Part shown: one piece after another, positions 20,428-30,692 of the stretch
How positions within the stretch are numbered: position 1 is the first letter of the stretch
Layout of the letters: every line of letters starts with the position of its first letter
Assembly (NCBI GenBank): GCA_964649205.1
Contig: CAZYPM010000001.1
Span: forward strand, 1 to 58,344
Source: an uncultured Steroidobacteraceae bacterium
Lineage (GTDB): Bacteria > Pseudomonadota > Gammaproteobacteria > Steroidobacterales > Steroidobacteraceae
Direction: 5' to 3'
Length of the DNA: 58,344 nt
The notes under the pieces: model-generated
Seen by the model: the letters and a program-made list of their open reading frames with translations, nothing else
What the model was told of the DNA's origin: nothing
The model's database searches: none
Program-made: the position numbers and the translations under genes

Positions 20428-21261
20428 TTGGCCGTCTATGCGGTCGGCGACCTGCAGGGCTGCCACGCCGAATTCGTGGCGCTGCTCGAGCGGCTCCGGT
20501 TCGACCCGGCGCGCGACGCACTGTGGCTCACGGGAGACCTCGTCAATCGCGGCCCGGATTCCCTCGGCGTGCTGCGCGAGGTCCGTGCGCTCGGCGCCTG
20601 CGTCACGGCCGTGCTCGGCAACCATGACCTGCACCTGCTGGCGATGGCGCTGGCGCCCGCGGGCGTGCACCGGCGCGAGCCCGGACTGCAGGCCGTGCTC
20701 GATGCGCCGGATGCGGCGGAACTGCTGGCCTGGCTGGCCGGGCGCCCGCTCCTGCACCGCGACGCCGGCCTTGGCTGGACCCTGATCCATGCCGGGCTGC
20801 CGCCGCAGTGGTCGCTGGCGGAGGCCGAGTCGGCGGCGCGCGCGGTCGAGGCCGCGTTGCGCGACGACCCGGCGGCGCTGCTGTCCCGGATGTACGGCGA
20901 CCAGCCCGACGCCTGGTCGCCCGCGCTCGCAGGCGCCGAGCGCCTGCGCTTCGCCGTCAACTGTCTCACGCGCCTGCGGTTCGTCGACGCCGATGGGCGC
21001 CTGTTGCTGCGGCTGAAGGGGCCGCTGGCGGAGGCGCCGGCCGGCGCGATGCCCTGGTTCCGCCATCCCGCGCGCCGCACGCGCCAGGACGCGCTGGTAT
21101 TCGGACACTGGTCGGCGCTCGGCTTCCTCTCGGAACCCGGCCTGCTGTGCCTCGACACCGGCTGTGTCTGGGGAGGGTCGCTGGCTGCGGCGCGCCTCGA
21201 CGGCGGCAAAGTCGAACCGGTGTTCCTGCCCTGCAAGGGCAGCCTGCGGCCGCCGCGCTGA
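20428..21261 (+). CDS. apaH: Bis(5'-nucleosyl)-tetraphosphatase, symmetrical
   Basis: 277 aa from TTG 20428 (AGGA 7 nt upstream). AVGDLQGC, GDLVNRGPDS and GNHDLHLL metallophosphatase motifs. Confidence 0.92.
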   Translation: MAVYAVGDLQGCHAEFVALLERLRFDPARDALWLTGDLVNRGPDSLGVLREVRALGACVTAVLGNHDLHLLAMALAPAGVHRREPGLQAVLDAPDAAELLAWLAGRPLLHRDAGLGWTLIHAGLPPQWSLAEAESAARAVEAALRDDPAALLSRMYGDQPDAWSPALAGAERLRFAVNCLTRLRFVDADGRLLLRLKGPLAEAPAGAMPWFRHPARRTRQDALVFGHWSALGFLSEPGLLCLDTGCVWGGSLAAARLDGGKVEPVFLPCKGSLRPPR

Positions 21262-21834
21262 CTACTGGTTCTGCGCCTGGGCCGCCGCGGCGACGTCCTG
21301 CACGCCCACCAGGACCTCGAAGCGCAGGTCGATCCGGTTGCCGACCAGCTGGTGCGGAATGCAGTTGACGTCACCCTGCATCTTGCGGGTCTGGAACTTC
21401 GGCAGGATGCGGTCGCGGAACAGTTCGACCAGCTCGCAGTCGCCCATCTCGAGGCCCTTCGGCGAGTTGCGCTTGATCACGACCGGCTTCCAGACCCCGA
21501 GCACGGGCTCGCCGGCGTCGCGCACGCCCTCCTCCGGGATGCCGGGCACGTAGAAAGCGACCTTGAGGTGCGGGAAATCGGCGACGTGCTGGAAACCGAA
21601 CTCGCAGCCGCGCTCGCTGATCTTGATGTCGGGCCGCGCGCCCAGGTGCTTCAGCAGCAGCTTGACCTTGCTGCGCAGGCCGCCGCAGGAATAGCGCGTC
21701 GTAAACCCCATGTAGACGAAGTCGACCTCCTGGCGTTGCCAGGCGGCGGCGGCTTCCTCGTATCCGGCGTCGGTCGCCACGGCCGGCATCGCCGCCAGCA
21801 GTGCGCAGGCCAGGACTCCGGCACGAACCATCAT
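21262..21834 (-). CDS. Hypothetical secreted protein (signal peptide, four Cys in the mature part)
   Basis: 190-aa ORF. MMVRAGVLACALLAAMPAVA signal-like N-terminus, GGAG 8-9 nt upstream. I recognise no family. GC3-rich codon usage is consistent with real coding. Confidence 0.6.
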   Translation of the reverse strand: MMVRAGVLACALLAAMPAVATDAGYEEAAAAWQRQEVDFVYMGFTTRYSCGGLRSKVKLLLKHLGARPDIKISERGCEFGFQHVADFPHLKVAFYVPGIPEEGVRDAGEPVLGVWKPVVIKRNSPKGLEMGDCELVELFRDRILPKFQTRKMQGDVNCIPHQLVGNRIDLRFEVLVGVQDVAAAAQAQNQ

Positions 21835-21903
21835 CTGTCAAGCTCCTCTCGGCGCAACCCGCCTATGAGACCCGCGCGGGCCGGAGGGGTTCCGTCGGCT
21901 GCA

Positions 21904-21909
21904 TATAAT
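21904..21909 (+). promoter_or_regulatory. Consensus -10 hexamer TATAAT, 6 nt upstream of ATG 21916
   Basis: A perfect TATAAT in the 81-nt divergent spacer. The spacing fits a leaderless transcript starting at the ATG. No convincing -35 and no SD. Confidence 0.35.
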
Positions 21910-21915
21910 GGCACG

Positions 21916-22740
21916 ATGACGATCATGCGTTTCGAGCTGGCGGGCCGGCGCCTGCGCGCCGATTTCGGCGAGCCCCTCTCGATCGCGATCCCGCTGGATT
22001 TCGGCGGCCCGCAGCCGTCCTGCTTCGATGCCCCTTCGGCCGCCGCCCGCCCGTTTCGTTCCGGCGGCTTTGTGGGCGACACCCGCGCCGGCGGCAGCTG
22101 CAACTGCGAGCTGCTGACCCTCGCCCCGCACTGCAACGGCACGCATACGGAGTGCGTCGGCCACGTCACCGACGAGCGCATCGCGGTGACCGAGCGCCTG
22201 CGCGGCGGGCTCTCGCTGGCATTGCTCGTGTCGCTGCACCCGGTTGCTGCCGCCACGGCCGGGGAAGACAGCGATCCGCCGCCCGCGCCCGGGGACCTGC
22301 TGCTGACGGCGAAGGCGCTTGCCGGGGCCGCCGCCGGGCATCCCGGGCCGGCGCCGCAGGCGCTGGTGATCCGCAGCCTGCCGAACCCTTCCACCCGGCT
22401 GCAGCAGCGCTACCAGGGACCCGCGCCGGCGCCCTTCCTGTCGCGGCAGGCCGCGCAATGGCTGGTCGACCGGGGTGTCCAGCACCTGGTCCTCGACCTG
22501 CCGTCGGCGGATCGCGCCGGCGACGGCGGCCGGCTGACCGCGCATCGGGTCTTCTTCGGCCTGCCGCCCGGCTCGCGCCACGCGCCGGATGCCGCCCGCC
22601 CGCAGGCCAGCATCACGGAGCTCGCCTGGATCGCACCCACCATCCGCGACGGCTGGTACCTGCTCGACCTGCAGATCCCGCCCTTTCTCACGGATGCCGC
22701 GCCATCGCGCCCGCTGCTCTACCCGGTTCATTTCGAATGA
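21916..22740 (+). CDS. Putative cyclase-family protein, candidate kynurenine formamidase
   Basis: Tail of ORF 21352..22740 from ATG 21916. It has a His-rich segment PHCNGTHTECVGH, a loose variant of the HxGTHxDxPxH metal motif of KynB-type cyclases. ATGA overlap with kynU. The functional call rests mostly on context. Confidence 0.5.
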   Translation: MTIMRFELAGRRLRADFGEPLSIAIPLDFGGPQPSCFDAPSAAARPFRSGGFVGDTRAGGSCNCELLTLAPHCNGTHTECVGHVTDERIAVTERLRGGLSLALLVSLHPVAAATAGEDSDPPPAPGDLLLTAKALAGAAAGHPGPAPQALVIRSLPNPSTRLQQRYQGPAPAPFLSRQAAQWLVDRGVQHLVLDLPSADRAGDGGRLTAHRVFFGLPPGSRHAPDAARPQASITELAWIAPTIRDGWYLLDLQIPPFLTDAAPSRPLLYPVHFE

Positions 22741-24017
22741 GCGGCGCGGCGTCGCTCGAGTCGGCGCGGGCGCAGGATGCCGCCGATCCGCTGTCGCGGC
22801 TGCGAGGCGCCTTCCATTTTCCGCTGACGCCGGACGGCCGACCCGTCACCTACCTCTGCGGCAACTCGCTCGGACTGCAGCCGCGGCGCGCGCTGGACGA
22901 GGTGACGAGGTTCATGCAGGAGTGGCAGCGCCTGGGCGTGCTCGGCTACCACGACCCGCAGGCCGACTGGCTGAACCTGCACCAGCGGCTCGCGCCGACG
23001 GCGGCCGCGCTCGCGGGTGCGCGGCTCGCGGAAGTGGTCGTGATGCACTCGCTCACGATCAACCTGCACCTGCTGATGGCGAGCTTCTACCGCCCGACCC
23101 GCGACCGCCACCGCATCCTGATCGAGCAGGGCGCGTTCCCCTCCGACCGCTACGCGGTCGCCTCGCAGCTCGACTGGCACGGCTACGGCCGCGCGGCGCT
23201 GGTGCAGGTGGCGCCGCGCCCCGGCGAGCTGCTGCTGCGCGAGGAAGACATCGCCGCGGCCATCGCGCGGGAGGGCGAGCGGCTCGCGCTCGTGCTGCTG
23301 CCCGGCGTGCAGTACCTGACCGGCCAGCGCCTCGACGTGGCGCGCCTGATCGACGCCGCGCACCGCGTCGGGGCCGTCGCCGGGCTCGACCTCGCGCACG
23401 CGATGGGCAACGTACCGCTCTCGTTGCACGACTGGGACGCCGATTTCGCCGCCTGGTGCTCGTACAAGTACCTGAACGGCGGGCCCGGCGCGACCGCGGG
23501 CGCCTTCGTGCACGAGCGGCATTTCGACGCCGCGGCGCCGCGGCTCGCGGGCTGGTGGGGCAACGACCTCGCGTCGCGCTTCGACTTCGCCGAGTCGATG
23601 ACGCCGTATCGCGGAGCCGCCGGCTGGCAGGTCAGCAACCATCCGCTGCTCGGCATGGTGCCCCTGCTCGCCGCCTTCCCGCTGTTCGACGAAGCCGGCA
23701 TGCCGGCGCTGGCCGCGCGCTCGCGCGCGCTCACCGCATACCTCGAGCGCCGGCTCGACCAGCGCCTCGGTGAGCGCATCGAGATCCTGACGCCGCGCGA
23801 CCCCGCGCGCCGCGGCGCGCAGCTCTCGGTGCGGCTCGCCGGCACCCGTGGCAGCGGTCGCGCCCTGTTCGACGGCCTGATCGCGCGCGGGCTCACCTGC
23901 GACTGGCGCGAGCCGGACGTGATCCGCCTGGCCCCTGCCCCGCTCTACAACTCCAACGAGGATTGCTGGCGCGCCGTCTCGATCGTCGAGGAAGCGCTCA
24001 ACGCCGCAGCAGCGTGA
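22737..24017 (+). CDS. kynU: Kynureninase
   Basis: Tail of ORF 22152..24017 from ATG 22737. YLCGNSLGLQP, FPSDRYA, DFAAWCSYKYLNGGPG (PLP-lysine region), GWWGN. Confidence 0.9.
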   Translation: MSGAASLESARAQDAADPLSRLRGAFHFPLTPDGRPVTYLCGNSLGLQPRRALDEVTRFMQEWQRLGVLGYHDPQADWLNLHQRLAPTAAALAGARLAEVVVMHSLTINLHLLMASFYRPTRDRHRILIEQGAFPSDRYAVASQLDWHGYGRAALVQVAPRPGELLLREEDIAAAIAREGERLALVLLPGVQYLTGQRLDVARLIDAAHRVGAVAGLDLAHAMGNVPLSLHDWDADFAAWCSYKYLNGGPGATAGAFVHERHFDAAAPRLAGWWGNDLASRFDFAESMTPYRGAAGWQVSNHPLLGMVPLLAAFPLFDEAGMPALAARSRALTAYLERRLDQRLGERIEILTPRDPARRGAQLSVRLAGTRGSGRALFDGLIARGLTCDWREPDVIRLAPAPLYNSNEDCWRAVSIVEEALNAAAA

Positions 24018-24489
24018 CGAAGCTGAAGGGATGCGCGTGCCGCGCGTCGGCGGCGTGCTCTTCGCGGAAGGTCTCGCGCCATGCGCGGCGGTCGAATCCC
24101 TCCAGGCGCGTGTCGCCCGCCACCTCCGCGTGCACCTCGGTGAGCTCGACGCGCCCGACCAGGGGCCAGCAGGCGCGATAGACCTCGGCGCCGCCGATCA
24201 CGAACAGGGTCTGCGACGGGTCCGCGAGCGCCAGCGCCGCTTCCGGGCTCGCGACGGTCTCGCAGCCCGGCGCGCGCCAGCCGGGATCGCGCGACAGCAC
24301 GAAGTTGCGCCGCCCCGGCAACGCGCGGCCGATCGACTCCTGCGTGCGGCGGCCCATCAGCAGCGCATGGCCCAGGGTCAGCAACTTGAAGCGCTTCAGA
24401 TCGTCCGGCAAATGCCACGGCAGTCCGCCGTCGCGGCCGATCACGCCGTTGTCGGCCATCGCGACGATCGCGACCGGTGCCGCGGCCAC
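23998..24489 (-). CDS. folA: Dihydrofolate reductase
   Basis: 163 aa. VIGRDGGLPWHLPDDLKRFKLLTLGHALLMGRRT...FVIGGAEVY. Confidence 0.93.
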   Translation of the reverse strand: MAAAPVAIVAMADNGVIGRDGGLPWHLPDDLKRFKLLTLGHALLMGRRTQESIGRALPGRRNFVLSRDPGWRAPGCETVASPEAALALADPSQTLFVIGGAEVYRACWPLVGRVELTEVHAEVAGDTRLEGFDRRAWRETFREEHAADARHAHPFSFVTLLRR

Positions 24490-24497
24490 GCGACGGG

Positions 24498-25292
24498 CTA
24501 CACCGCGACCGGGGCGCGGATCGCCGCGTGCGGCTCGTAGCCGACGACCTGGAAGTCAGCGACCTCGTAAGCCGCGATATCGTCGGGTCGCCGCAGCAGC
24601 GCGAGCCTCGGCAGCGGGCGCGGCTCGCGCGACAGCTGCTCGTCGGCCTGTGCGAGGTGGTTGAGGTAGAGATGGCAGTCGCCGCCGGTCCAGATCAGCT
24701 CGCCCAGTGCGAGGTCGGACTGCTGCGCGAGGATGTGGGTGAGCAGCGCGTAGGAGGCGATGTTGAATGGCACGCCCAGGAAGATGTCGCAGCTGCGCTG
24801 GTACACCTGGCAGGACAGCCGGCCGTCCGCGACGTGGAACTGGAAGAACGCATGGCAGGGTGCGAGCGCCATCTTCTCGAGCTCGCCCACGTTCCACGCG
24901 CTGACGATGATGCGCCGCGAATCCGGGTCGCGCCGGAGCTGGTCGATCACGCGCGCGATCTGGTCGATCTGCCGGCCGTCCGCCGCCTGCCAGGCTCGCC
25001 ACTGGCGGCCGTACACCGGCCCGAGGTCGCCATTCGCGTCGGCCCACTCGTCCCAGATGGTGACGCCCTGTTCGTGCAGCCATTTCACGTTGGTGTCGCC
25101 GCGCAGGAACCAGAGCAGTTCCGCGATCACGGACTTCAGGTGCACGCGCTTGGTGGTCACCAGCGGGAAGCCCGCGGCCAGGTCGAAGCGCATCTGGTGG
25201 CCGAAGACCGCCAGCGTGCCGGTGCCGGTGCGGTCCGCCTTGCGCGCGCCGCGTTCGCGCACCAGCTGCATCAGGTCGAGGTACTGGCGCAT
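24498..25292 (-). CDS. thyA: Thymidylate synthase
   Basis: 264-aa tail of ORF 24498..25982(-). MRQYLDLMQ..., [43 protein letters not shown]. Confidence 0.97.
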   Translation of the reverse strand: MRQYLDLMQLVRERGARKADRTGTGTLAVFGHQMRFDLAAGFPLVTTKRVHLKSVIAELLWFLRGDTNVKWLHEQGVTIWDEWADANGDLGPVYGRQWRAWQAADGRQIDQIARVIDQLRRDPDSRRIIVSAWNVGELEKMALAPCHAFFQFHVADGRLSCQVYQRSCDIFLGVPFNIASYALLTHILAQQSDLALGELIWTGGDCHLYLNHLAQADEQLSREPRPLPRLALLRRPDDIAAYEVADFQVVGYEPHAAIRAPVAV

Positions 25293-26083
25293 CAGGCGTA
25301 GTTCCCGGATGGCTGGCGCCGCTTCACGGCCCAGGCCAGCATCGCGAGCCCCACCGCCAGCATCGGCAGCGACAGCAGCTGGCCCATCGTCAGCCAGCCG
25401 AAGGCAAGGTAGCCGATGTGCGCGTCCGGCAGGCGCACGAACTCGACCAGGAAGCGGAATGCGGCATAACCGGTCAGGAACAGGCCCGAGGGCGCGAGCC
25501 GCGCCCGCGGCTTCGAGGTGAACCACCAGACCACCGCGAACAGCACGAGTCCCTCGAGCGCAGCCTCGTAGAGCTGCGACGGATGGCGCACCTCGCCCTC
25601 GACCAGCATGCCCCAGGGCAGGTCGGTCGGCGCGCCCCAGAGTTCGCCGTTGATGAAGTTGCCGATCCGCCCGGCGAACAGACCCACCGCCGGCAACGGC
25701 GCGGTGAAGTCGAAGACATCGGCGACCTGCCGTCCGCGCCGTCTGGCGAACAGCGCGACCGCGATCATCACGCCCGCCAGGCCGCCGTGGAAGGACATGC
25801 CGCCCTCCCAGACGCGCAGGATCGAGAGCGGGTCCGCGCGCAGGCCCTCGAAGCCGTAGACCAGCACCCAGCCGAGGCGGCCGCCGAGGATCACGCCGAT
25901 GGCGGCGAAGAAGATCAGGTCGTCCACGTCCACCGGCTTCCAGGTCGAGCGCGGCGCCGCCGCGCGCCTGCGCGCCAGCCACCAGGCGGCGATGAAGCCG
26001 ATCACGTACATGAGCCCGTACCAGTGCACCTTGACCGGGCCGATGGAGAACGCCACGGGATCGATGGCGGGATAGGTCAGCAC
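25292..26083 (-). CDS. lgt: Prolipoprotein diacylglyceryl transferase
   Basis: Tail of ORF 25292..27205(-). GTG 26083 gives (M)[43 protein letters not shown]. Its stop shares one base with the thyA ATG. Confidence 0.92.
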   Translation of the reverse strand: MLTYPAIDPVAFSIGPVKVHWYGLMYVIGFIAAWWLARRRAAAPRSTWKPVDVDDLIFFAAIGVILGGRLGWVLVYGFEGLRADPLSILRVWEGGMSFHGGLAGVMIAVALFARRRGRQVADVFDFTAPLPAVGLFAGRIGNFINGELWGAPTDLPWGMLVEGEVRHPSQLYEAALEGLVLFAVVWWFTSKPRARLAPSGLFLTGYAAFRFLVEFVRLPDAHIGYLAFGWLTMGQLLSLPMLAVGLAMLAWAVKRRQPSGNYA

Positions 26084-27303
26084 GAGTCGGTCACCCGGAA
26101 CAGGAAGGCGCGCAAGTAACGGGTCTCCTCGATCGCCGGATGCACCGGATGATCCGGGGATTGCGCCCCGACTGCAATGAGCTGCGCGAAGCGTCCCAGG
26201 TGGCGCGCCGCACGCTGCACGCAGTCGGTCAGCTCGCCCGGCGCCAGGTGATAGGAACAGGAGCAGGACAGCAGCAGCCCATCGCGATCCAGCGCCTGCA
26301 TCGCGAGCTGGTTGAGACGGCGGTAGGCCGCCAGACCCTTGGGATGGTCCTTGCGCCGCTTGATGAAGGCCGGGGGATCCACGATCACGACGTCGAAGCA
26401 ACGCCGCTCGGCGACGAACTGCTCGAGCGCGTCGAAGACGTCGCCCTGCAGCAGCTCGACGTCCAGTTCGTTCGCCTCGGCGGTCGCGGCCGCGGCCTCG
26501 AGCGCCGGCGCGGAGGAATCGACGCAGGTCACCTCGGCCGCGCCGGCGCGCCTGGCCTGGAGCCCGAAGCTGCCGGCGTAGCTGAACAGGTCCAGCACGC
26601 GCAGCCCCCGGACGTGGCGCGCGATCATCGCGCGGTTCGCGGTCTGGTCGTAGTACCAGCCGGTCTTCTGGCCCGCCGCGAGCGGCACGCGGAACTCCAC
26701 GCCGCCCTCGGGCACGACGACGTAGTCCGGCACGGTGCCGAAGGCGGTCTCGACATAGCGCTCCAGCCCCTCCAGCTCGCGGATCGCGGCGTCGTTCTTC
26801 CACAGCATGCCGGCGGGGTCGAGCACCTTGACCAGCGCGTCCTGGATGTCCCCTTTCATCGCTTCCATGCCGGCAGTGCCGAGCTGCGCGACCAGCACGT
26901 CGCCGTAGCGGTCGACCACCAGGCCGGGCAGCAGGTCCGCCTCGCCGAAGGCCAGCCGGTAGAACGGCGCGGCATGGAGGCGTTCGCGCAGCGCCAGCGC
27001 CACCTTGAAGCGGTGCACGAGCAGCGACTTGCCGGGCGGATAGTCCGGGTCGCGGCCGAGGATGCGCGCGCTGATGAGCGTGCGCGGATTGACGTAGGCG
27101 TAGCCAAGGAAGCGGTCGTGGCTCGAGCGCAGCTGCACGTGGTCGCCCGGCTGGAAGGCCGTGAGCGGCGTCGTGCCGACGTTGATCTCGTTGGAGAACA
27201 CCCACAGGTGCCCGGCCTGGATGCGGCGCTCCTCCTGCGGCTTCAGCAAGAGCGGCGGCAGCTCACCGCCGGCGACGGCGGTGGTGGCGGTCTGGGTGGA
27301 CAT
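26077..27303 (-). CDS. Class I SAM-dependent rRNA (cytosine-C5) methyltransferase, RlmI-like (PUA + MTase)
   Basis: ORF 26077..27315(-). [21 protein letters not shown] (PUA-like N-terminus), [12 protein letters not shown] and [11 protein letters not shown]-MTase motifs. ATG 27303 or GTG 27315. Confidence 0.8.
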   Translation of the reverse strand: MSTQTATTAVAGGELPPLLLKPQEERRIQAGHLWVFSNEINVGTTPLTAFQPGDHVQLRSSHDRFLGYAYVNPRTLISARILGRDPDYPPGKSLLVHRFKVALALRERLHAAPFYRLAFGEADLLPGLVVDRYGDVLVAQLGTAGMEAMKGDIQDALVKVLDPAGMLWKNDAAIRELEGLERYVETAFGTVPDYVVVPEGGVEFRVPLAAGQKTGWYYDQTANRAMIARHVRGLRVLDLFSYAGSFGLQARRAGAAEVTCVDSSAPALEAAAATAEANELDVELLQGDVFDALEQFVAERRCFDVVIVDPPAFIKRRKDHPKGLAAYRRLNQLAMQALDRDGLLLSCSCSYHLAPGELTDCVQRAARHLGRFAQLIAVGAQSPDHPVHPAIEETRYLRAFLFRVTDSC

Positions 27304-27366
27304 TCGCGGGATCACGGCGCCGTGGCTATAGTGGCCGCAATTCTAACCGACCGCGGCCGCGTCCTC

Positions 27367-29451
27367 ATGCATCCGACGACCTCCGGGCGGCCGAAAAACC
27401 GGCTCGCCGGCGAGACCAGTCCCTATCTGCTCCAGCACGCGGACAATCCCGTGGACTGGTACCCCTGGGGCGAGGAGGCGATCGCCCGCGCGCGCAGCGA
27501 GGACCGGCCGATCCTGCTCTCGATCGGCTACTCCGCCTGCCACTGGTGCCACGTCATGGCGCACGAGTCCTTCGAGGACGAGGCGACCGCCGCGGTCATG
27601 AACCGCCTGTTCGTCAACGTCAAGGTGGATCGCGAGGAGCGCCCGGACCTCGACCGGGTCTACCAGCTCGCGCACCAGGTCATCGCGCAGCGCGGCGGCG
27701 GCTGGCCGCTGACGATGTTCCTCGCGCCCGACGACCTGACGCCGTTCTTCGGCGGCACCTACTTTCCAAGGGAGCCGCGCTACGGCATGCCGGCCTTCAC
27801 CGGCCTGCTCGAGCGCGTGGCGGCGTTCTACCGCGACCAGCGCGCGGACGTGAAGCGGCAGAACGCGGCGCTGCGCGACGTGTTCGCCGATCTGGTGCCG
27901 CCGGCCGCCGCGCCGGACCGCGCGCTGTCCGCGCTGCCGCTCGAGGCGGCGCGGAGCGATCTGGAGCGCAGTTTCGACCGCGAATACGGCGGCTTTGGCG
28001 GCGCGCCCAAGTTCCCGCATGCCGGCGGCATCGAGCGCCTGCTGCGCAACTGGCAGGCGAGCGCCGCGGATCCCGCCCCGGACCTCAAGGCGCTCTACAT
28101 GGCGACGCTGACGCTGACGCGCATGGCCGAGGGCGGCCTGTTCGACCAGCTCGGCGGCGGCTTCTGCCGGTATTCGGTCGATCGGCACTGGATGATCCCG
28201 CACTTCGAGAAGATGCTCTACGACAACGGCGCGCTGCTCGGGCTCTATGCGCAGGCGGCGGTCGCGACCGGCGACGCCCTCTTCCACCGCACCGCCGAGG
28301 CGACCGCAGCCTGGGCGCTCTCCGAACTGGGCGCGCCGGGCGGCGCCTTCTACGCCGCGCTCGATGCCGACTCCGAGGGTCACGAAGGCAAGTTCTACGC
28401 CTGGCAGCGTGACGAAGTGCAAGCGCTCGTGACCGCCGACGAATACCAGGTGCTGGCACGCCGCTACGGGCTCGACCGGGAACCGAACTTCGAGGGCGCC
28501 TGGCACCTGCACTGCTTCGTGCCGCTGGAGCAGGTCGCCAGGGACCTGGGGCTGCAGTCCGTGCGCGCGGCAGAACTGCTCGAATCAGGCCGCGCAAGAC
28601 TCCGCGCCGCGCGCGAGCGGCGCGTGCGGCCGGGCCGCGACGACAAGATACTCACCGGCTGGAACGGGCTCATGATCCGCGGCCTCGCAATCAGCGGCCG
28701 CGCGCTGGGGCAGTCGGCGCACATCGATGCGGCCTGCGCGGCGGCGGACTTCCTGCGCGAAAACAGCTGGCAGGACGGCACGCTGTACGCCGCCTGGAAG
28801 GATGGCCGCGCGCGCTTTCCCGCCTATCTCGACGATTACGCGTACCTGCTCGACGCGCTGCTCGAGCTGCTGCAGTCGCGCTTCCGCCCGGCGGACCTGG
28901 AATTCGCCCGCGAACTCGCCGACACGCTGCTCGCGAAATTCGCGGACCGCGGGCGCGGCGGCTTCTGGTTCACCGCCACAGGGCAGGATCCGCCGCTGCA
29001 CCGGCCCAAGAGCTTCGCCGACGACGCCACGCCCGGCGGCAACGGGGTCGCCGCGGCGGCGCTCGCGCGCCTCGGCTGGCTGCTCGGCGAAACGCGCTAC
29101 CTCGACGCGGCCGAGGCGACGCTGCGCGGCGGCTGGGACTCGATGGCGCGGGCCCCGCAGGCGCACACCGCCATGCTGAATGCGCTGGAGGAGTTCCTCG
29201 ATCCCGTCGAGATCGTCGTGATCCGCGGCGAGGCGGCGCAGCTCGCCGAGTGGTCGCGGGCGCTGGCCGCCATCTATGCGCCGCGCCGCATGGTGATGGC
29301 GATTCCGTCCGACGCCGGCGGACTGCCGGAGGCGCTGGCGGCCAAGGCGCCGCGCGCTGCCACCGTCGCCTACCTGTGCCGCGGACCGGTGTGCTCGGAA
29401 CCGGTGTCCTCGCTACCCGGGCTGCTGGACACTAGCGCCGCACGGCCTTGA
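27367..29451 (+). CDS. Thioredoxin-domain protein, YyaL/DUF255 family (thioredoxin-like + six-hairpin glycosidase-like)
   Basis: Tail of ORF 26140..29451. [60 protein letters not shown] 27367, with GTG 27331 as the alternative. The upstream 1.2 kb of the long ORF is antisense to the methyltransferase gene. Confidence 0.85.
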   Translation: MHPTTSGRPKNRLAGETSPYLLQHADNPVDWYPWGEEAIARARSEDRPILLSIGYSACHWCHVMAHESFEDEATAAVMNRLFVNVKVDREERPDLDRVYQLAHQVIAQRGGGWPLTMFLAPDDLTPFFGGTYFPREPRYGMPAFTGLLERVAAFYRDQRADVKRQNAALRDVFADLVPPAAAPDRALSALPLEAARSDLERSFDREYGGFGGAPKFPHAGGIERLLRNWQASAADPAPDLKALYMATLTLTRMAEGGLFDQLGGGFCRYSVDRHWMIPHFEKMLYDNGALLGLYAQAAVATGDALFHRTAEATAAWALSELGAPGGAFYAALDADSEGHEGKFYAWQRDEVQALVTADEYQVLARRYGLDREPNFEGAWHLHCFVPLEQVARDLGLQSVRAAELLESGRARLRAARERRVRPGRDDKILTGWNGLMIRGLAISGRALGQSAHIDAACAAADFLRENSWQDGTLYAAWKDGRARFPAYLDDYAYLLDALLELLQSRFRPADLEFARELADTLLAKFADRGRGGFWFTATGQDPPLHRPKSFADDATPGGNGVAAAALARLGWLLGETRYLDAAEATLRGGWDSMARAPQAHTAMLNALEEFLDPVEIVVIRGEAAQLAEWSRALAAIYAPRRMVMAIPSDAGGLPEALAAKAPRAATVAYLCRGPVCSEPVSSLPGLLDTSAARP

Positions 29452-29866
29452 ACTTGGCGAGGCCCGGTTCCTCGCTGGTGTATTTCGGCAGGCCGTCGCC
29501 CGCCTCGAACCATTCGGCCCGCTGGTCGTAGAAGATGTGGCAGTTCGGTTCGCGGTCGATCGCGCCGGCGAACGCCGCCCGCGCGACGTGAATCTCCCCC
29601 GGACAGATCGTGGAGGCGAAGAACAGGGTCGTGCCGCAGTTGCCGCAGAACCCGCGGCGGCTCTGCTGCGAGGACCCGAACCAGCGCGGCTCGGCCGAGC
29701 CCGGCAGCAGGCGGAAGCGGTCCTCGGCTGCGCCCACCCAGGTGACGAATGCCGCGCCATGCGCGGCGCGGCACCAGCGGCAATGGCAGTGCGCGCAGAA
29801 CAGCGAGGGCGGCGTCACCGCGAAGCGCACGGCGCCGCACAGGCATTGCCCCGCGAAATCGCTCAT
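29432..29866 (-). CDS. GFA/CENP-V family protein (glutathione-dependent formaldehyde-activating-like Zn protein)
   Basis: ORF 29432..29896(-). In-frame ATG 29866 gives [15 protein letters not shown]...[14 protein letters not shown]...[14 protein letters not shown] overlap with the MAPEG gene. Confidence 0.8.
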   Translation of the reverse strand: MSDFAGQCLCGAVRFAVTPPSLFCAHCHCRWCRAAHGAAFVTWVGAAEDRFRLLPGSAEPRWFGSSQQSRRGFCGNCGTTLFFASTICPGEIHVARAAFAGAIDREPNCHIFYDQRAEWFEAGDGLPKYTSEEPGLAKFKAVRR

Positions 29867-30282
29867 GCGGCGAGCCTCATGAAGAACGCGATCCACATGG
29901 CGAACAGCAGCAGCGTGCTGGCGACGTACACCAGGAACCGGTGCACCACGCGGTTGTAGGTGACGTGGATCAGGCTGTGCAGCGCGCGCAGGCCGACGTA
30001 GGCCCAGGCGGCCGCGACCATGGCGGGGGTGGAGCCGCCGGTCACGGCGAGCGCGATGCAGAGCGCATAGAAAAGGACCGGGACCTCGAACAGGTTGCGG
30101 AAGTTGTCGGCGGCGGCGGTTATTTCAAGCTGGCCCGCCGCGGCGCGCGCGCTCGCGAGCTTCTGCGGCGCGATGTCCCTGGCCCGCATTTCGCCCAGCC
30201 GGTCGGCGTAGAGCTTCACCCAGACGAGTGCCGTCAGCAGCGCCATGGCGCAGAACGGCAGCCAGATCGGATCGCTGTTCAT
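29863..30282 (-). CDS. MAPEG-family membrane protein (microsomal glutathione S-transferase-like)
   Basis: 139-aa tail of ORF 29863..30891(-). MNSDPIWLPFCAMALL..., NFRNLFEVPVLFY, LRALHSLIHVTYN. Four TM segments. Confidence 0.75.
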   Translation of the reverse strand: MNSDPIWLPFCAMALLTALVWVKLYADRLGEMRARDIAPQKLASARAAAGQLEITAAADNFRNLFEVPVLFYALCIALAVTGGSTPAMVAAAWAYVGLRALHSLIHVTYNRVVHRFLVYVASTLLLFAMWIAFFMRLAA

Positions 30283-30692
30283 GGGGTTCTCCTGGCGCCG
30301 CGGCGCAGGCTGGCGATCGCATAGAGAAGCACGCCGCCGAACACCGCGTAAAGTCCGAGCGCGCTCAACGCGCCCGGCCAGTGCCCCGCCATGGGCTCCG
30401 CGAAGAACGCGAAGAAGAGCAGCAGGGCGCTCGCGAGCACGAGCAGCGAGCCCGCGGTGGCCGCAACCTTGCGGGCCGTGCCCTCCGGAAGCCGGTAATG
30501 CACGCCGATCGCGACGTTCACCAGCCCCGCGGCCAGGATGTATATGTGCCGCGAGCGGAACAGCAGCCGCTCCGCCCATTCCATCGCGGCCACCGGCGGG
30601 TCCAGGCGCCCCATGACCTGTCCGGTGACCAGGAACGCCGCCACCGCGATCGCCCCGACGACGAGGTGCGCCATCCGGAGCGTGCCTTGCAT
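30279..30692 (-). CDS. Hypothetical four-TM membrane protein
   Basis: 137-aa hydrophobic ORF. Its stop overlaps the MAPEG ATG (ATGA). I recognise no family. Alternative start ATG 30674. Confidence 0.6.
   Translation of the reverse strand: MQGTLRMAHLVVGAIAVAAFLVTGQVMGRLDPPVAAMEWAERLLFRSRHIYILAAGLVNVAIGVHYRLPEGTARKVAATAGSLLVLASALLLFFAFFAEPMAGHWPGALSALGLYAVFGGVLLYAIASLRRGARRTP

Noticed and set aside
26140-27366. The N-terminal 409 codons of the 1103-aa ORF that ends as the YyaL-like gene
   Set aside because: This part is antisense to the RlmI-like methyltransferase and shows no homology. The recognisable YyaL sequence starts at [24 protein letters not shown] (ATG 27367), preceded by a TATAGT box at 27327-27332.
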